Positions 21,684 to 48,902 of a stretch of 64,000 nucleotides of DNA are shown one piece after another (position 1 is the stretch's first letter; each line of letters starts with the position of its first letter). The notes beneath the pieces were generated by a model. That model made no database searches. It was not told where the DNA came from and saw only the letters and a list, made by a program, of their open reading frames with translations. The translations under genes and the position numbers were made by a program. Source of the DNA: the human T2T-CHM13v2.0 reference genome, Homo sapiens; the NCBI RefSeq assembly GCF_009914755.1, contig NC_060935.1. The stretch is one strand, 5' to 3'.

Positions 21684-22547
21684 TGATTTCAACAAGTTTA
21701 TATTATAATCCATGCTTGACTTAAATTCTTTTTCCAGATGGTCTCCATTTGTTGCTTAGGGTAGAGTGCAGTTGCACAATTATGGCTCACCACAGCCTCG
21801 AACCCTGGGCTCAAGCAATCCTCCTTCCACTTCATTACCCCCTCCCCCTCACAAAGAAACTGGGACTATAGGGTATGCTACCATGCCCGGCTAATTTTTT
21901 TACTTTTTGTAGAGATGGGGACCCACTGTGTTGCCCAGGCCTGTCTTGAACCACTGGGCTCAAGTGATCCTCCCTCCTTAGCCTTCCGAAGTACTGGGAT
22001 TGCAGGTGTGAACCACTGTGCCCGGCTTTAGACTTAAGTGCTTTATCAGGCTTGAAATCCTAGCTCTTTAAAGATTTTGTTTTAAATGCCGGGTGCAAGA
22101 GCCTGGGAACAATTTCACTTAGGTGCCTGTGAATATCAAAGTTTCAATTTCTGGCAAATGGTTTAAAATAGAAATCCAATTTGTCCATGCTATGCAAACC
22201 ATCTGAATTAGAATGTAATGAGTAAAGCTTAAACCTTAGGTCTGTATTTAACCACATTGTGTTACTTACTTGCCCCCACATCCTTTCACACACGAAGTTG
22301 AGAATAGGGTAAATAAATGAGCCTGTTCAGCTAATACTCTTGGCTTGACCCTTTCACACTTAACAGCACCAGCCAAGAAACCTGAATGTGAGCCCAAATA
22401 GTGTCTATTTTGATACCTGAAAATCACTGGCCACCTTGCTGATGGGCAACTCCCTTCATCACTGGTTTAACTCTCTTGTGCCATAGGGTATCTAGAAGCA
22501 AAATATGTTAAGTGTAAAGCTGTCTCTGCTTAAAAACAAGTCCCCCT

Positions 22548-22579
22548 ACCACCACCACCACACACACACACACACACAC
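22548..22579 (+). repeat. (ACC)n(CA)n microsatellite in LDHA intron 3
   Basis: accaccaccacca cacacacacacacacacac. Confidence 0.9.
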
Positions 22580-22882
22580 GAAATTGCCTGTTCCTGGGCT
22601 GATAGGACACCAGTTAAGTAGAAACAGGAGTATGGAAGAGTGTGAACGTTGAGCTTGGGGATCAAAAAATTTGAGGATATGTAAGAAATTAATAGGAGAA
22701 TCAAATAATAAACTTGATTTCCTCCAGCTCTCCCTAATTGTAGTTACATAAAGTTACAACTTGACTAAAACTACAAGGAAGATGTTGACATGCTCTTCCT
22801 CCATTTAAGAAGCCATAATGATAAAACTCTAAGAACAAGAAAGGTTTGTGGAGCATTTATGGAACAAATTTTTGCTGCCTAG

Positions 22883-23467
<585 letters not shown>

Positions 23468-23526
23468 TGAACTCCTGGCCTCAAGCAGTCCATCTGCCTC
23501 CCAAAGTGCTAGGATTACAGGCGTGA

Positions 23527-23781
<255 letters not shown>

Positions 23782-24578
23782 TAGCCAGGATGGTCTCGAT
23801 CTCCTGACCTCGTGATCTGCCCGCCTTGGCCTCCCAAAGTGCTGGGATTACAGGCGTGAGCCACCGTGCCTGGTGATTCATTTATTTTTCATGTTTCATT
23901 TCCCTTCTAAGGAGATTTGTGTGTGTGTGTTTTTTGTTTTTTAATAATTTTAAAACATTAAAGGGAATACAATGCCTTTAAATGTAGTTGGAGCTTAAAA
24001 TTACCTGCCCAAGATCTTGGATAAGGGATAAGTTTGTGAATAATTGTTATTCTCTCTCTCTTTTTTTTTTTTTTTTTTTTTTTTTTGAGACAGTCTCACT
24101 TTGTAGCTCAGGCTGGAGTGCAGTGGTTCGATCTTGGCTCACTGCAACCTCTGCCTCCTGGGTTCAAGCAATTCTCCTGCCTCAGCCTCCCAAGAGCTGG
24201 GATTACAGGCACGTGCCACCATGCTCGGCTAATTTTTGAAGTTTTAGTAGAAAGGGGTTTCACCATGTTGCCCAGGCTGGTCTCAAATTCCTGAGCTCAG
24301 GTGATCCATCTGCCTCAGCCTCCCAAAGTATTAGGATTACAGGCGTGAGCCACCGTGCCCGGGCCCATAATTGTCTCTTAGTTGATAAACAGTTTATTTT
24401 CATGAAACTGTTACTATACTTTTTTTTTGAGAGCATGTCTCACTCTGTCGCCCAAGCTGGAGGGCAATGGGATGATCATGGCAGCTTTGACCTACTAGGC
24501 TCAGGTGATCCTTCTTCCTCAGCCTCTTAAGTAGCTAGGACTACAGGCGTGCACCAATATGCCTGGCTAGTTTGTTAA

Positions 24579-24722
<144 letters not shown>

Positions 24723-24917
24723 TAATTAATGGACTTGATATACATAGTGTAGAGGCTTAAAAATATTAACAAAATTATTGGTTACCCATGATCAATATCA
24801 AGATCCTGAAAAGCCATATATCTGGAGTAGCCTATTATTATCTAATGATCACCTAGTATCTGGTTAAGTGTTTTCTTCATAGTAGGTATATCTTTTTTGT
24901 GTGTAGGGAGAGGATAA

Positions 24918-25202
<285 letters not shown>

Positions 25203-25783
25203 TAATCAAATATCCATTCAGTAGGATGGAATGGTTTCCCGAAATCTAGCATTTTGTATAATTATATGTTAAGAATTGTTAAGATTGTTGCCATTTTATA
25301 TGGCATTTTATGGCGAGGGGGACGGGAAATGAAATTTCTCTTCTTACCATGGATATCTTAAGACTGTAGTTCTTAGGATGTCTTCAGTCATTTAATATCA
25401 CAGCTGTTTATACCTGACTTGTACTGCCTGGCCCTGAAAAGATGAGCAAATCCAAATGCACAAAAGTTATATTATCACAGTTGAAAAATGTTATGATTAG
25501 GTTCTGTATGCTAAGAAAACCCCCCTTATGTTCTCATACTATCTTTATATTTCAAATATACATGGGTTAAACATTTCAACTGGCTAGAGAAACAGGTTAG
25601 AATACAGTTAAAATTCTTAGTTTTACATAATGTAAGTAAATGAAAATCTAATCTAAAAGTGAGTAATGACTACATTAGTAGTCTTGACCATCTACCAAAA
25701 TTGAGTATTCTTCCTCCGAAGATAAGAGAATTAGGAAAATGAATCACAATTACTAATCTGTTGGTACATGAAAATAAATGTAG

Positions 25784-25921
<138 letters not shown>

Positions 25922-25977
25922 TAATAAATCTTTCAATTTGGCAACACAGAATATTAACATTTACTATTTTTATTTAA

Positions 25978-26496
<519 letters not shown>

Positions 26497-26730
26497 CTAG
26501 CCTGGGTGACAGAGTAAGAGCCTGTCTCAAAGGAAAAAAAAAATTATTGAAATAGGGAAGCTTTCAACTTGGTGGCATTATTTACCTTTGTGGTCCTGTG
26601 TGGACCTCAGGTCTATAGAATTAAAAAATGAATCATAGCCGGGCATGGTGGCTCATGCCTGTAATCCCAGCACTTTGGGAGGCCGAGGCAGGCAGATCAC
26701 CAGGTCAGGAGATGGAGACCATCCTGGCTA

Positions 26731-26979
<249 letters not shown>

Positions 26980-26999
26980 TCAAGCAAGGCCCTCTTGTT

Positions 27000-27480
27000 T
27001 GTATTTGTTTAATTAAATAAAACCTGTGAACCCACCACCCAGCTCAAGAAAGAAACACAATATCTGTCAAATAACATTGTTGAATCAGAATTTAGTATTC
27101 TGCTGGTGTTTGGAAATAAGTGGATTCTGTGCTCTTTCCCCCAGCTATCCCTCTGTCCCCCTCACGCTCCCACTTGAGATAATCCTGAGTTAAGGATGCT
27201 ATGTTATCTTGGATTTCTTTTTAAAATTCAATATTATATTTTTAAGAATTATCCAATTTTTTTTACAAGTAGCTATAGTTTATTTTTTGATAGCTGTGTA
27301 ATATTCCATTGTATCAGTATACCATGATTTATCCATTCTTCTGTTGGAGGACATTGGAAAGATTGTCATGGTTTTGCTGTTACTAACAGTACTGTTAATG
27401 AATATCCCTGTACATAATATCCTAGCATACATGTGTGCAAGGGTTATTCTTGGTATAATGCAACATTGTGGCATTATTTA
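27000..27480 (-). mobile_element. Old L1M 3' fragment in LDHA intron 6
   Basis: Minus ORF 27280..27474 ends ...[18 protein letters not shown], typical of the L1 ORF2 C-terminus region. Confidence 0.65.
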
Positions 27481-27570
27481 CTGTAAAATGTGTATTAATG
27501 AAAACTTTGTTTTTCTTTCTTTCTCCCACCCTGCTTTTTCTGCCTTTACCTATGGTTTCCTATCATACAG

Positions 27571-27694
27571 TGCTTATGAGGTGATCAAACTCAAAGGCTA
27601 CACATCCTGGGCTATTGGACTCTCTGTAGCAGATTTGGCAGAGAGTATAATGAAGAATCTTAGGCGGGTGCACCCAGTTTCCACCATGATTAAG
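27571..27694 (+). CDS. LDHA: LDHA exon 7
   Basis: [41 protein letters not shown] (ORF 27344..27772); 124 nt; donor GTAGGT, phase 0. Confidence 0.99.
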
Positions 27695-28504
27695 GTAGGT
27701 CTATGTAGTGATACGCTGCATTTGAATGCTTTTTGCTGGCTTTTTAAAAAAGATTCTTCTGAGAAAGATTAATACAAGTCTTCCATTACTGACTTAAGTG
27801 AAATAAATTAATGTACCCACAGCTTACCTTTTTTGAAAGAAATGGTTGAGCTTTAGGATTAATGTCCATTAGGCCTGTTCAACACATAGATGCTTGATAA
27901 TTTGACTACAAAAAAGTCTTGTTCAATTATGCTGAGGTAGGTGGAAGACTATAAAAGAAATTATTTCTCCATTGGGGAAAATAGAAATTATATTCAAGTT
28001 AGCATTATGTTACTATTTTTAATGACTTTCTTTTATACTATTAATTAAATCATAACTGAACACCTGGAAAGGAATTTCTACTTATCAAAGTTTTTTATTT
28101 TTTTGAGACAGTCTCCCTCTGTCACCCAGGCTGCAGTGCAGTGGCCGATCTCGGCTCACCGCAACCTCTGCCTCCCAGGTTTAAGCGATTCTTCTGCCTC
28201 AGCCTCCTAAGTAGCTGGGACTACAGGTGCGTGCCACCACGCCCGGCTACTTTTTGTATTTTTAGTAGAGATGGAGTTTCACCATATTGGCTAGGCTGGT
28301 CTCGAACTCCTGACCTTGTGATCCACCCGCCTCGGCCTCCCCGAATGCTGGGATTGCAGGTGTGAGCCACCGCACCTGGCCTCAAGTTGTATTTTAAAAT
28401 CTTCATAATTAGGCCACACACAGTGACTGACAGCTGTAATGCCAGCACTTTGGAAGGCCAAGGGCAGGAGAATTGCTTGAGCCCAGGTGTTTGAGACCAC
28501 CCTA

Positions 28505-28923
<419 letters not shown>

Positions 28924-29200
28924 TCAAGAATTTGAGACCAACCTGGCCAACATGGTGAAACCCCATCTGTACTAAACATACAAAAATTAGCCAAGTGTGG
29001 TGGCGCACGCCTGTAGTCCCAGAAGGCTGAAGCAGGAGAATTACTTGAACCCTGGAGGTGGAGGTTGCGGTGAGCTGAGATCGTGCCACTGCACTCCAGC
29101 CTGGGCGACAGAGCGAGACTCTGCCTCAAAAAAAAAATTAAAAAAAAAAAGCTTTATAATTATAGAGACTGTAAGTCTTGGGAAACCTGGGAATGCATAG

Positions 29201-29407
<207 letters not shown>

Positions 29408-30337
29408 AGTCTTCTGATGTCATATCATTTCACTGTCTAGGCTACAACAGGATTCTAGGTGGAGGTTGTGCATGTTGTCCTTTTTATCTGATCTGTGATT
29501 AAAGCAGTAATATTTTAAGATGGACTGGGAAAAACATCAACTCCTGAAGTTAGAAATAAGAATGGTTTGTAAAATCCACAGCTATATCCTGATGCTGGAT
29601 GGTATTAATCTTGTGTAGTCTTCAACTGGTTAGTGTGAAATAGTTCTGCCACCTCTGACGCACCACTGCCAATGCTGTACGTACTGCATTTGCCCCTTGA
29701 GCCAGGTGGATGTTTACCGTGTGTTATATAACTTCCTGGCTCCTTCACTGAACATGCCTAGTCCAACATTTTTTCCCAGTGAGTCACATCCTGGGATCCA
29801 GTGTATAAATCCAATATCATGTCTTGTGCATAATTCTTCCAAAGGATCTTATTTTGTGAACTATATCAGTAGTGTACATTACCATATAATGTAAAAAGAT
29901 CTACATACAAACAATGCAACCAACTATCCAAGTGTTATACCAACTAAAACCCCCAATAAACCTTGAACAGTGACTACTTTGGTTAATTCATTATATTAAG
30001 ATATAAAGTCATAAAGCTGCTAGTTATTATATTAATTTGGAAATACTAGGCTATTCTTGGGCAACCCTGCAACGATTTTTTCTAACAGGGATATTATTGA
30101 CTAATAGCAGAGGATGTAATAGTCAACTGAGTTGTATTGGTACCACTTCCATTGTAAGTCCCAAAGTATTATATATTTGATAATAATGCTAATCATAATT
30201 GGAAAGTAACATTCTATATGTAAATGTAAAATTTATTTGCCAACTGAATATAGGCAATGATAGTGTGTCACTATAGGGAACACAGATTTTTGAGATCTTG
30301 TCCTCTGGAAGCTGGTAACAATTAAAAACAATCTTAA

Positions 30338-30345
<8 letters not shown>
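29408..30345 (+). other. LDHA: LDHA 3'UTR with tandem polyadenylation signals
   Basis: Repeat-free AT-rich segment after the stop; ATTAAA 29498-29503, AATAAA 29955-29960, ATTAAA 30321-30326. Confidence 0.85.
29955..29960 (+). terminator. LDHA: Main LDHA poly(A) signal
   Basis: Canonical AATAAA followed by CCTTGAACAGTGA and a downstream T-rich element (CTACTTTGGTT). Confidence 0.85.
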
Positions 30346-34084
<3,739 letters not shown>

Positions 34085-34319
34085 TGAGTTATAAATATTA
34101 ACAATTTCTTGCTGTAAATTGAAAGCATCCTTCGCGTCTTTGCGTTTCATTACCACCCTCTGTTCTCTCAAGAGAAATTCTAACTTTATTTCAGCACTCA
34201 GTCCTGAAGTTACAGAAGTTAATAATTTTTTAAAATCCTGCAAACAATGCATGGATATCCCCGTCTTGCACACTCTTTGGGCCAGTCTAGAATTCTTCCC
34301 ATCAGCATTTCGGTGATCT

Positions 34320-34440
34320 GGACCGCCGCCACCCACACAGCGCTCCAGGGCAGAAAAGGCGCCCCATGCCCGCGCCTGGGCCGGCGGGGGGCGGAGCTTG
34401 CGTGCTGACGCATAAGAGTCGAGCGGGGGAACGTGCGTGT
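34320..34440 (+). promoter_or_regulatory. LDHC: LDHC CpG-rich promoter (GC box, CRE-like site)
   Basis: GGGGCGGAG 34388-34396, TGACGCA 34406-34412, CATAAG 34411-34416; small CpG cluster directly upstream of LDHC exon 1. Confidence 0.8.
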
Positions 34441-34588
34441 CTCGAGTCGCACGGAGGGCAACCGTCGACGGGCTTAGCGCCTCAACTGTCGTTGGTGTAT
34501 TTTTCTGGTGTCACTTCTGTGCCTTCCTTCAAAGGTGGTGCTTTGTCCCTGTGGGTCATCTGTACTGATTGCGCCAAGCAAAGCATTT
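34432..34588 (+). other. LDHC: LDHC non-coding exon 1 with two alternative donors (start approximate)
   Basis: Donors AAG|GTGGTG (34535) and TTT|GTGAGC (34589); both can join exon 2 GTTCTCCAAATG, consistent with two 5'UTR variants as I recall them. Confidence 0.75.
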
Positions 34589-34843
34589 GTGAGCGTGTGG
34601 TGCTGGGGTGAAAGTGGTGGCTGGGGGCAGGGAGAAATCCAAAAGCCCGCTGGTGCCCCAGCCCTCCCATTGCCTGGTAGACTGGGCCTTGCTTTACCCT
34701 CCCCGCATCCTTTGACCAGGAAATTCTTTCTTTGGCTTCCCCCCATCCCCGGCTCCAACATTCTGCAAACTGAAGAGGTAGTTTCTTAGATGTTCAGTGT
34801 GGTTAATCCAATGAAATTGCATTATCCCTATCAGGTTCTCCAA

Positions 34844-34969
34844 ATGTCAACTGTCAAGGAGCAGCTAATTGAGAAGCTAATTGAGGATGATGAAAACTCC
34901 CAGTGTAAAATTACTATTGTTGGAACTGGTGCCGTAGGCATGGCTTGTGCTATTAGTATCTTACTGAAG
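34844..34969 (+). CDS. LDHC: L-lactate dehydrogenase C, coding part of exon 2 (exon starts 34835)
   Basis: [42 protein letters not shown] (ORF 34790..35008); 126 nt; donor GTGAGT. Confidence 0.99.
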
Positions 34970-35084
34970 GTGAGTGAGAAGCCCATCCTGTGGCTGAAAA
35001 TCAAGTGAGCACTTCAGAGTGTTGTATATGTCGATGTATTCAGGGTTGCAAGGTTAATCCCTTGAAAGCAATTATGTATCCTTT

Positions 35085-35228
35085 GACCTTTCCTCCCTCC
35101 CTCCCTCCCTACCTCCCTTCCTTCCTTCCTTCCTTTTTCTTTCTCTCTTTCTTTTCCTTTTTTTTTTAAACTTCTTCTTTCTTTTCCTTTCTTTTTTTTT
35201 CTGACTTTCCTTTTCTTTTTCTTTTTTT
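35085..35228 (+). repeat. Polypyrimidine (CCT/CTT/T) tract forming an antisense Alu tail
   Basis: cctccctccctccccctacctcccttccttccttccttcc...; almost purine-free on +. Confidence 0.85.
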
Positions 35229-35230
35229 GA

Positions 35231-35332
<102 letters not shown>

Positions 35333-35375
35333 TGAATAACTGGGGCCACAGGCATGCACCACCAGGCCTGGCTAA

Positions 35376-35606
<231 letters not shown>

Positions 35607-35826
35607 TGAGACGGAGTCTCGCTCTGTTGCCAGGCTGGAGTGCAGCGGCAGGATCTCGGCTCCCGGCAACCTTTGCCTCCCGGGTTCAAGCAGTTCTCCT
35701 GCCTCAGCCTCCTGAGTAGCTGGGACTACAGGCATGTGCCACCACGCCCAGCTAATTTTTATATTTTTAGTAGAGACGGGGTTTCATCATGTTGGCCAGG
35801 ATGGCCTTGATTTCTTGACGTCGTGA

Positions 35827-35952
<126 letters not shown>

Positions 35953-37309
35953 TGAATACACTCCTTGTATATAGTTCCGTACTCTGTCACATGTGACAAA
36001 AACCCAGTTTAAATTAGGGTAAGCAGAAAAAGACGAAATATTGTTCATGTAACTGGAAATAGGGCAAAACTGCTTCAGGTACTACCGGATTCTGAAGTTC
36101 ACACATATCAAGACATAGTCTTTGTATATCTTGGTTTAGATTTTCTCTGTTGGCTTAATTCGTAGAGCCTTTCTATGTGGTGGTAAAGATGGCTGTACAG
36201 TTTGTTCTTAGATTCTTGTTTTTTCTCCAACTCTACAGTCCTTACTAATGTTCTTAGATTTGCATGTTATTCTTAGAGCTTATGATTCCAAAGAAAAGTG
36301 AGATGTAATCTTCCGTCTTCCATTTTCAAACTTCATAGACATGCTTGTTTCTTATACCTGGGCCATATGTCCACTTATGAACTGATTTCTGTGACCAGAA
36401 GGAAAGGATGGAACAATTGGCTAGGTCTGGTTTTATGCCCATCTACCCTAAGCTTGGAAAACCAATGTTAATTGTACTGCACTGAAACATATGGAATGGG
36501 TTCCCATGGAAAAGAGAAATTCTATTACCAGAAAAAGGGACACTAGACAGATGAAAACAATAAGTGTTCATCAGAGGTGGTTACCTTCCTGTTTGGGCCA
36601 TAACGACGCATACTAAAAGCAGCTTTAGCCAACTCAGAAATTAGGGTTAAGGTTAAATATAATAAAATCCTGGCCGGGCGCAGTGGCTCAGGCCTGTAAT
36701 CCCAGGACTTTGCGAGGCTGAGGTGGGTAGATCACTTGAGGTTAGGAGTTTGAGACCAGCCTGACCAATATGGTGAAACCCCGTCTGTACTAAAAATACA
36801 AAAATTAGCCGGACATGGTGGCGGGCGCCTGTAATCCCAGCTACTCGGGAGGCTGAAGCACGAAAATTGCTTGAACCTGGGAGACGGAGGTTGCAGTGCC
36901 CGAGATTGTGCCACTGCACTCCAGCCTGGGCGACAGAGTGAGACTTCATCTCAAACAAAACAAAACAAAAAACACAAAAATAAAGGCTAAATATAATAAA
37001 AGCCTTTGAAATCATTTTATTTTCCTTGGTTTCAAACTGTTATCTGAATGGCAAAAAAAAACAAAAACAAAAAACACCCAGCTCTAAAAAGTTCTAACAA
37101 TTATATGAAGTCAAACAATTTTTGCTACATCTTAATATTTACTTACCTTGACTTTCGGTCACCCAGGCTCATTGAAAAACTATTTTTATATCATTTTTCC
37201 CTATTAAAATATGAGATTCCTTTAATTATCAAGTAGCCACATGAAAATTCTTCTTATTCTCCTAAAACTTAAGTAGGAACATTTTATTCAGAACTTTTGT
37301 ATATTTTAG

Positions 37310-37427
37310 GATTTGGCTGATGAACTTGCCCTTGTTGATGTTGCATTGGACAAACTGAAGGGAGAAATGATGGATCTTCAGCATGGCAGTCTTTTCTTTA
37401 GTACTTCAAAGATTACTTCTGGAAAAG
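37310..37427 (+). CDS. LDHC: LDHC exon 3
   Basis: [39 protein letters not shown]; 118 nt; AG/GT. Confidence 0.98.
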
Positions 37428-37579
37428 GTTAATTTTAGTTTTATAAAGTTATTTTCAAAGCTTTTTAAAAAAGTAATAAATTTTACCAAACAGATGTCAA
37501 TAAATATAAAATTAAAAATAGCACCATGCCATTGGGCCATATAATTTAATTTAGTTGATCAATTTTTTTTGTTTTTTGA

Positions 37580-37747
<168 letters not shown>

Positions 37748-37797
37748 TAGTTTTGCCATGTTGGCCAGGCTGGTCTCGAACTCCTGACCTCAGGTGA

Positions 37798-38133
<336 letters not shown>

Positions 38134-38770
38134 TAAAAAGTTAATTTTTTTAAAAAGAACACTTCGATATAATTGGAGCATATTTGGAAAACAGAAAGTA
38201 TAAAGAAAAATTGAATCTCTTCTATTAATGACTTTATGTAGGTTTTCTAAGCTTTTGTTTTCTTTACATAACTGATGTATAAATGCTTTTAAGCTTGTCA
38301 TTTTGTCTTATATATTTTCCCAAGAATATACAATCTTGAAGAGTTTCTGTAATATTATTAATACATTTATCCATATTCTTTAGTTTTCTTTCTATGTTTA
38401 TAGTGAACCAGGTTTCAAGGCATAGCATGAGGCCATAGAACATAAGAAATTTAGAACTTGGCCTCATTGGTGTTAGCATCATCTGTTGACCAACTAAGAA
38501 GCCTCAGATAATTAGGAAACATAATTATTTTATCATACACTAAAGTATATGGTGCACTGTTTGGTAATGTGATTCAACAGATATACTTTCTACTAGAAGC
38601 CCTCTTATCTAACATGATTGAGATTGAAGGCAGTTACCTAATTTAAACATGCTTCTTAGAAAGAGCCATGATAAACATTTTATATCGACCTAAAACATAC
38701 ACATGTAGATAAAAGTTCATTTGCTGATTTTCTGGTTGTAGGGCAAGGCCTTTGAGTACGGCTCAGCTGA

Positions 38771-39352
<582 letters not shown>

Positions 39353-40457
39353 TGAACTCCTGGGCTGAAGGGGTCCTCCTGCCTCAGCCTGGCAAGTACC
39401 TGGAACAACAGGTGGTGTCTTTCTGAAAGCACATCAATAATGATCATTTAGATTGCTTTAAAGTACTACAAGAAATTTAAAAGTGTTCATGAAGCAGTCT
39501 GGTTATAAAACCTTACTAAATTTTATGACTTTATTTATTTTATTTTTGGAGACAGTTTCACCAGGCTGGAGTGCAGTGGCATAATCATGGTTCACTGCAG
39601 CCTCGAATTCCCAGGCTCAGGTGATCCTCCCACCTCACCCTTCTGTGTAGCTGGGACTATAGGTGCACAGCACCACACCCAGCTAATTTTTAAGAAATTA
39701 TTATTTGTAGAGATGCGGTGTCACTCTGTTGCTCAGGCTGGTCTCAAACTCCTAGGCTCAAGCAGTTGCAGGTGTGAGCCACCACGCCCAGCCCATTTTT
39801 ATCCCTTTCTCAAACCTAGAAGGACAATTTTTAAACAATTTGCTTTTAATGTCTTCCCAGGGATTAACTTACTTTTCATAGAAACAATTATTTTTAATAT
39901 TAATTATGGAATACTTGATAGAGAAAAAGAGATTAACAATAATGTAACATTGGGAGGCTGATGTAGGAGGGTCGCATGAGGCCAGGAGTTTGAAATCAGC
40001 CAGAGGCAACATAGTGAGACCCTGTCTCCATTGTGCCTGTAGCCCTAGCTTTGCGAGGCTGATGCAGGAGGATTGCTTGAGTTCAAGGTTGCAGTGAGCT
40101 ATGATTGTATCACTGCACTCCAGCCTGGGCACAAAGGAAGATCCTATTGCTAAAATATATATAATAATATAACAAACATCAGTGCATCTACCACTCAGCA
40201 AAAGAAATAAAACATTACCAAGTCAGTTGATACATTCTGTATATTCATATCTTCCTGTCCCTAAATCTCAATGTTGAATGTGGTGTTTACCTTTACCAAA
40301 CATTTCTTTCACACTGGTATTTAGTGACTTATATTATCTTTAATTATATATATAATAATAAATACATAATTATATTTGGGTACAAATATGACTAATTCTT
40401 GATATGTAGCAACTAATGAGCAGAAGTACATAGACATACTAGATAGTAGTTTACTAG

Positions 40458-40922
<465 letters not shown>

Positions 40923-41230
40923 TAATCTTTTGCTGTAAATGAGAAAACTCCTGCATAAAATATGAAATAAAAAAATCAATCCTTGAGAAAGAATATGTTC
41001 TTAACAAAAAAGTAAGGCATTTTCACAACAGGTACTGAATGAAGTGAGAAAACCAGAGAGTTAAGCAGAGCACTGCAGCTCTGATTGCTCTTTTTACCCT
41101 GATAGCATTTGCCAAACATGGTGGACATCAATTTTGGTTTTCACTGACTCATAAAATTTAGGAGACCAGAGACAGAGCTTGGGGATTTGGGGAGATCACC
41201 CCACAAACCTGGTACCCTAGTGGACTAAGC

Positions 41231-41460
41231 CAGGGGTTACTAAACTTTTTCTGGGAAGACTCAGATAGTAGATATTTTAGGCTTTTCCAGCTATGTAGTT
41301 CCTATTATACCTACTCAACTCTGCTCTTACAGTGCAAAAGGAAGCCACAGACAATAATACACAAGCAAGTGGGTGTGGCTCCAGTGAGACTCTATTTACC
41401 AAACACAGGTGGTAGACCAGATATCGCTTGTCTGCCAACAGTAGTTTACCATTGCCAGAA
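41231..41460 (+). mobile_element. MER58-like hAT DNA transposon
   Basis: CAGGGGTTACTAAACTTTTTCTG...CAGATAGTAGATATTTTAGGCTTT...ACTCAACTCTGC...AAGCCACAGACAATA resembles MER58A. Confidence 0.7.
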
Positions 41461-41699
41461 CTATACCGTTAATGTAATGATGATCTACAAATAATTATTC
41501 TCTCCCTGCCTTTGGGGACTACAAGTAAAATTGAATGTCTTAGACACTTTAGTGGGGGAATATACCTGCTAAGGATTTGGAACCACAAGCTGGCTCTTAT
41601 TTGAATTCCAGAAAACCTTAAGCAATCAGATGGTAGCTAGAGGAAACTCACTTTATTTCAGGCCTCAAAGAACTTCCACAAATAAACTTCCAGAGAAAA

Positions 41700-47300
<5,601 letters not shown>

Positions 47301-47495
47301 TTGGGGATTTTTTTTTTGTTTTGAAAAAGGGTCTTGCTTTGTTGCCCAGGCTAGAGTTCAGGGGTGTGATCATAGCTCACCACAACCTCAAACTCTTGAA
47401 TTCCTGGGTTCAAGCAGTCCTCCCACCTCAGCCTCCAGAGGACAAATGTGAACTAGATGTTTATTGTGCAGTTTTGGCAGAGTTAATATTTTTAA

Positions 47496-47686
<191 letters not shown>

Positions 47687-48315
47687 TAACAGAGTTGTTT
47701 AATGTTTTATAAATTGAGTGTATATTTCTTATATGTTATTGTATATGAAATATTTCACAATAGAACATTTTAAAAATACATTTTGTGCCAGGCGTGGTGG
47801 CTCGCGCCTGTAATCCCAGTACTTTGGGAGGCTGAGGTGGGTGGATCACAAGGTCAGGAGATCAAGACCATCCTGGCTAACGCGGTGAAACCCCTTCTCT
47901 ACTAAAAATAAAAAAAAATTAGCCAGGCGTGTTGGCAGGCGCCTGTAGTCCCAGCTACTCAGGAGGGCTGAGGCAGGAGAATGGCATGAACCCAGGAGGC
48001 GGAGCTTGCAGTGAGCCGAGATCGCGCCACTGCACTCCAGCCTGGGCAACAGAGCGAGACTCTGTCTCAGAAAAAAAAAAGAAAAAAGAAAAAAGAAAAT
48101 ACGTATTGTGAGGTCTAATGGGGAAGAGCAATGATGGAACATCGTTGATTAGCCACAATTTTTTTTTTTTTTTACTTTTTAGTTTAGAGATGGCTGTTCA
48201 TGGGCACAATCACAGTGCACTGCAGCCTCTAACTCCTGGGTTCAAGTGACCCTCTTGCTTCAGCTTCCTAAGTAGCTGGGACTACTATGCCCAGCTCCAC
48301 AGATATTTTAAATTA

Positions 48316-48705
<390 letters not shown>

Positions 48706-48902
48706 TCAGTGAAATCAGAACCTATTATTAATATTATGGTGCTTATGATTAAGTTAGGGGTTTAAATAAGACATAACCATGAGAAGATAACATATGCTCT
48801 TATAAGGACTTTTTCATAATTATAGGCAGTAAGTGCTATAAAAAAATTCTGTGAAGAAAGTGGTATTTATGAATGATATGATAAATAATGAATGATATGA
48901 TG

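Noticed and set aside
27695-27772. Intron-7 read-through tail [25 protein letters not shown]
   Set aside because: Only the open frame past a good donor; nothing in the sequence alone supports its use.
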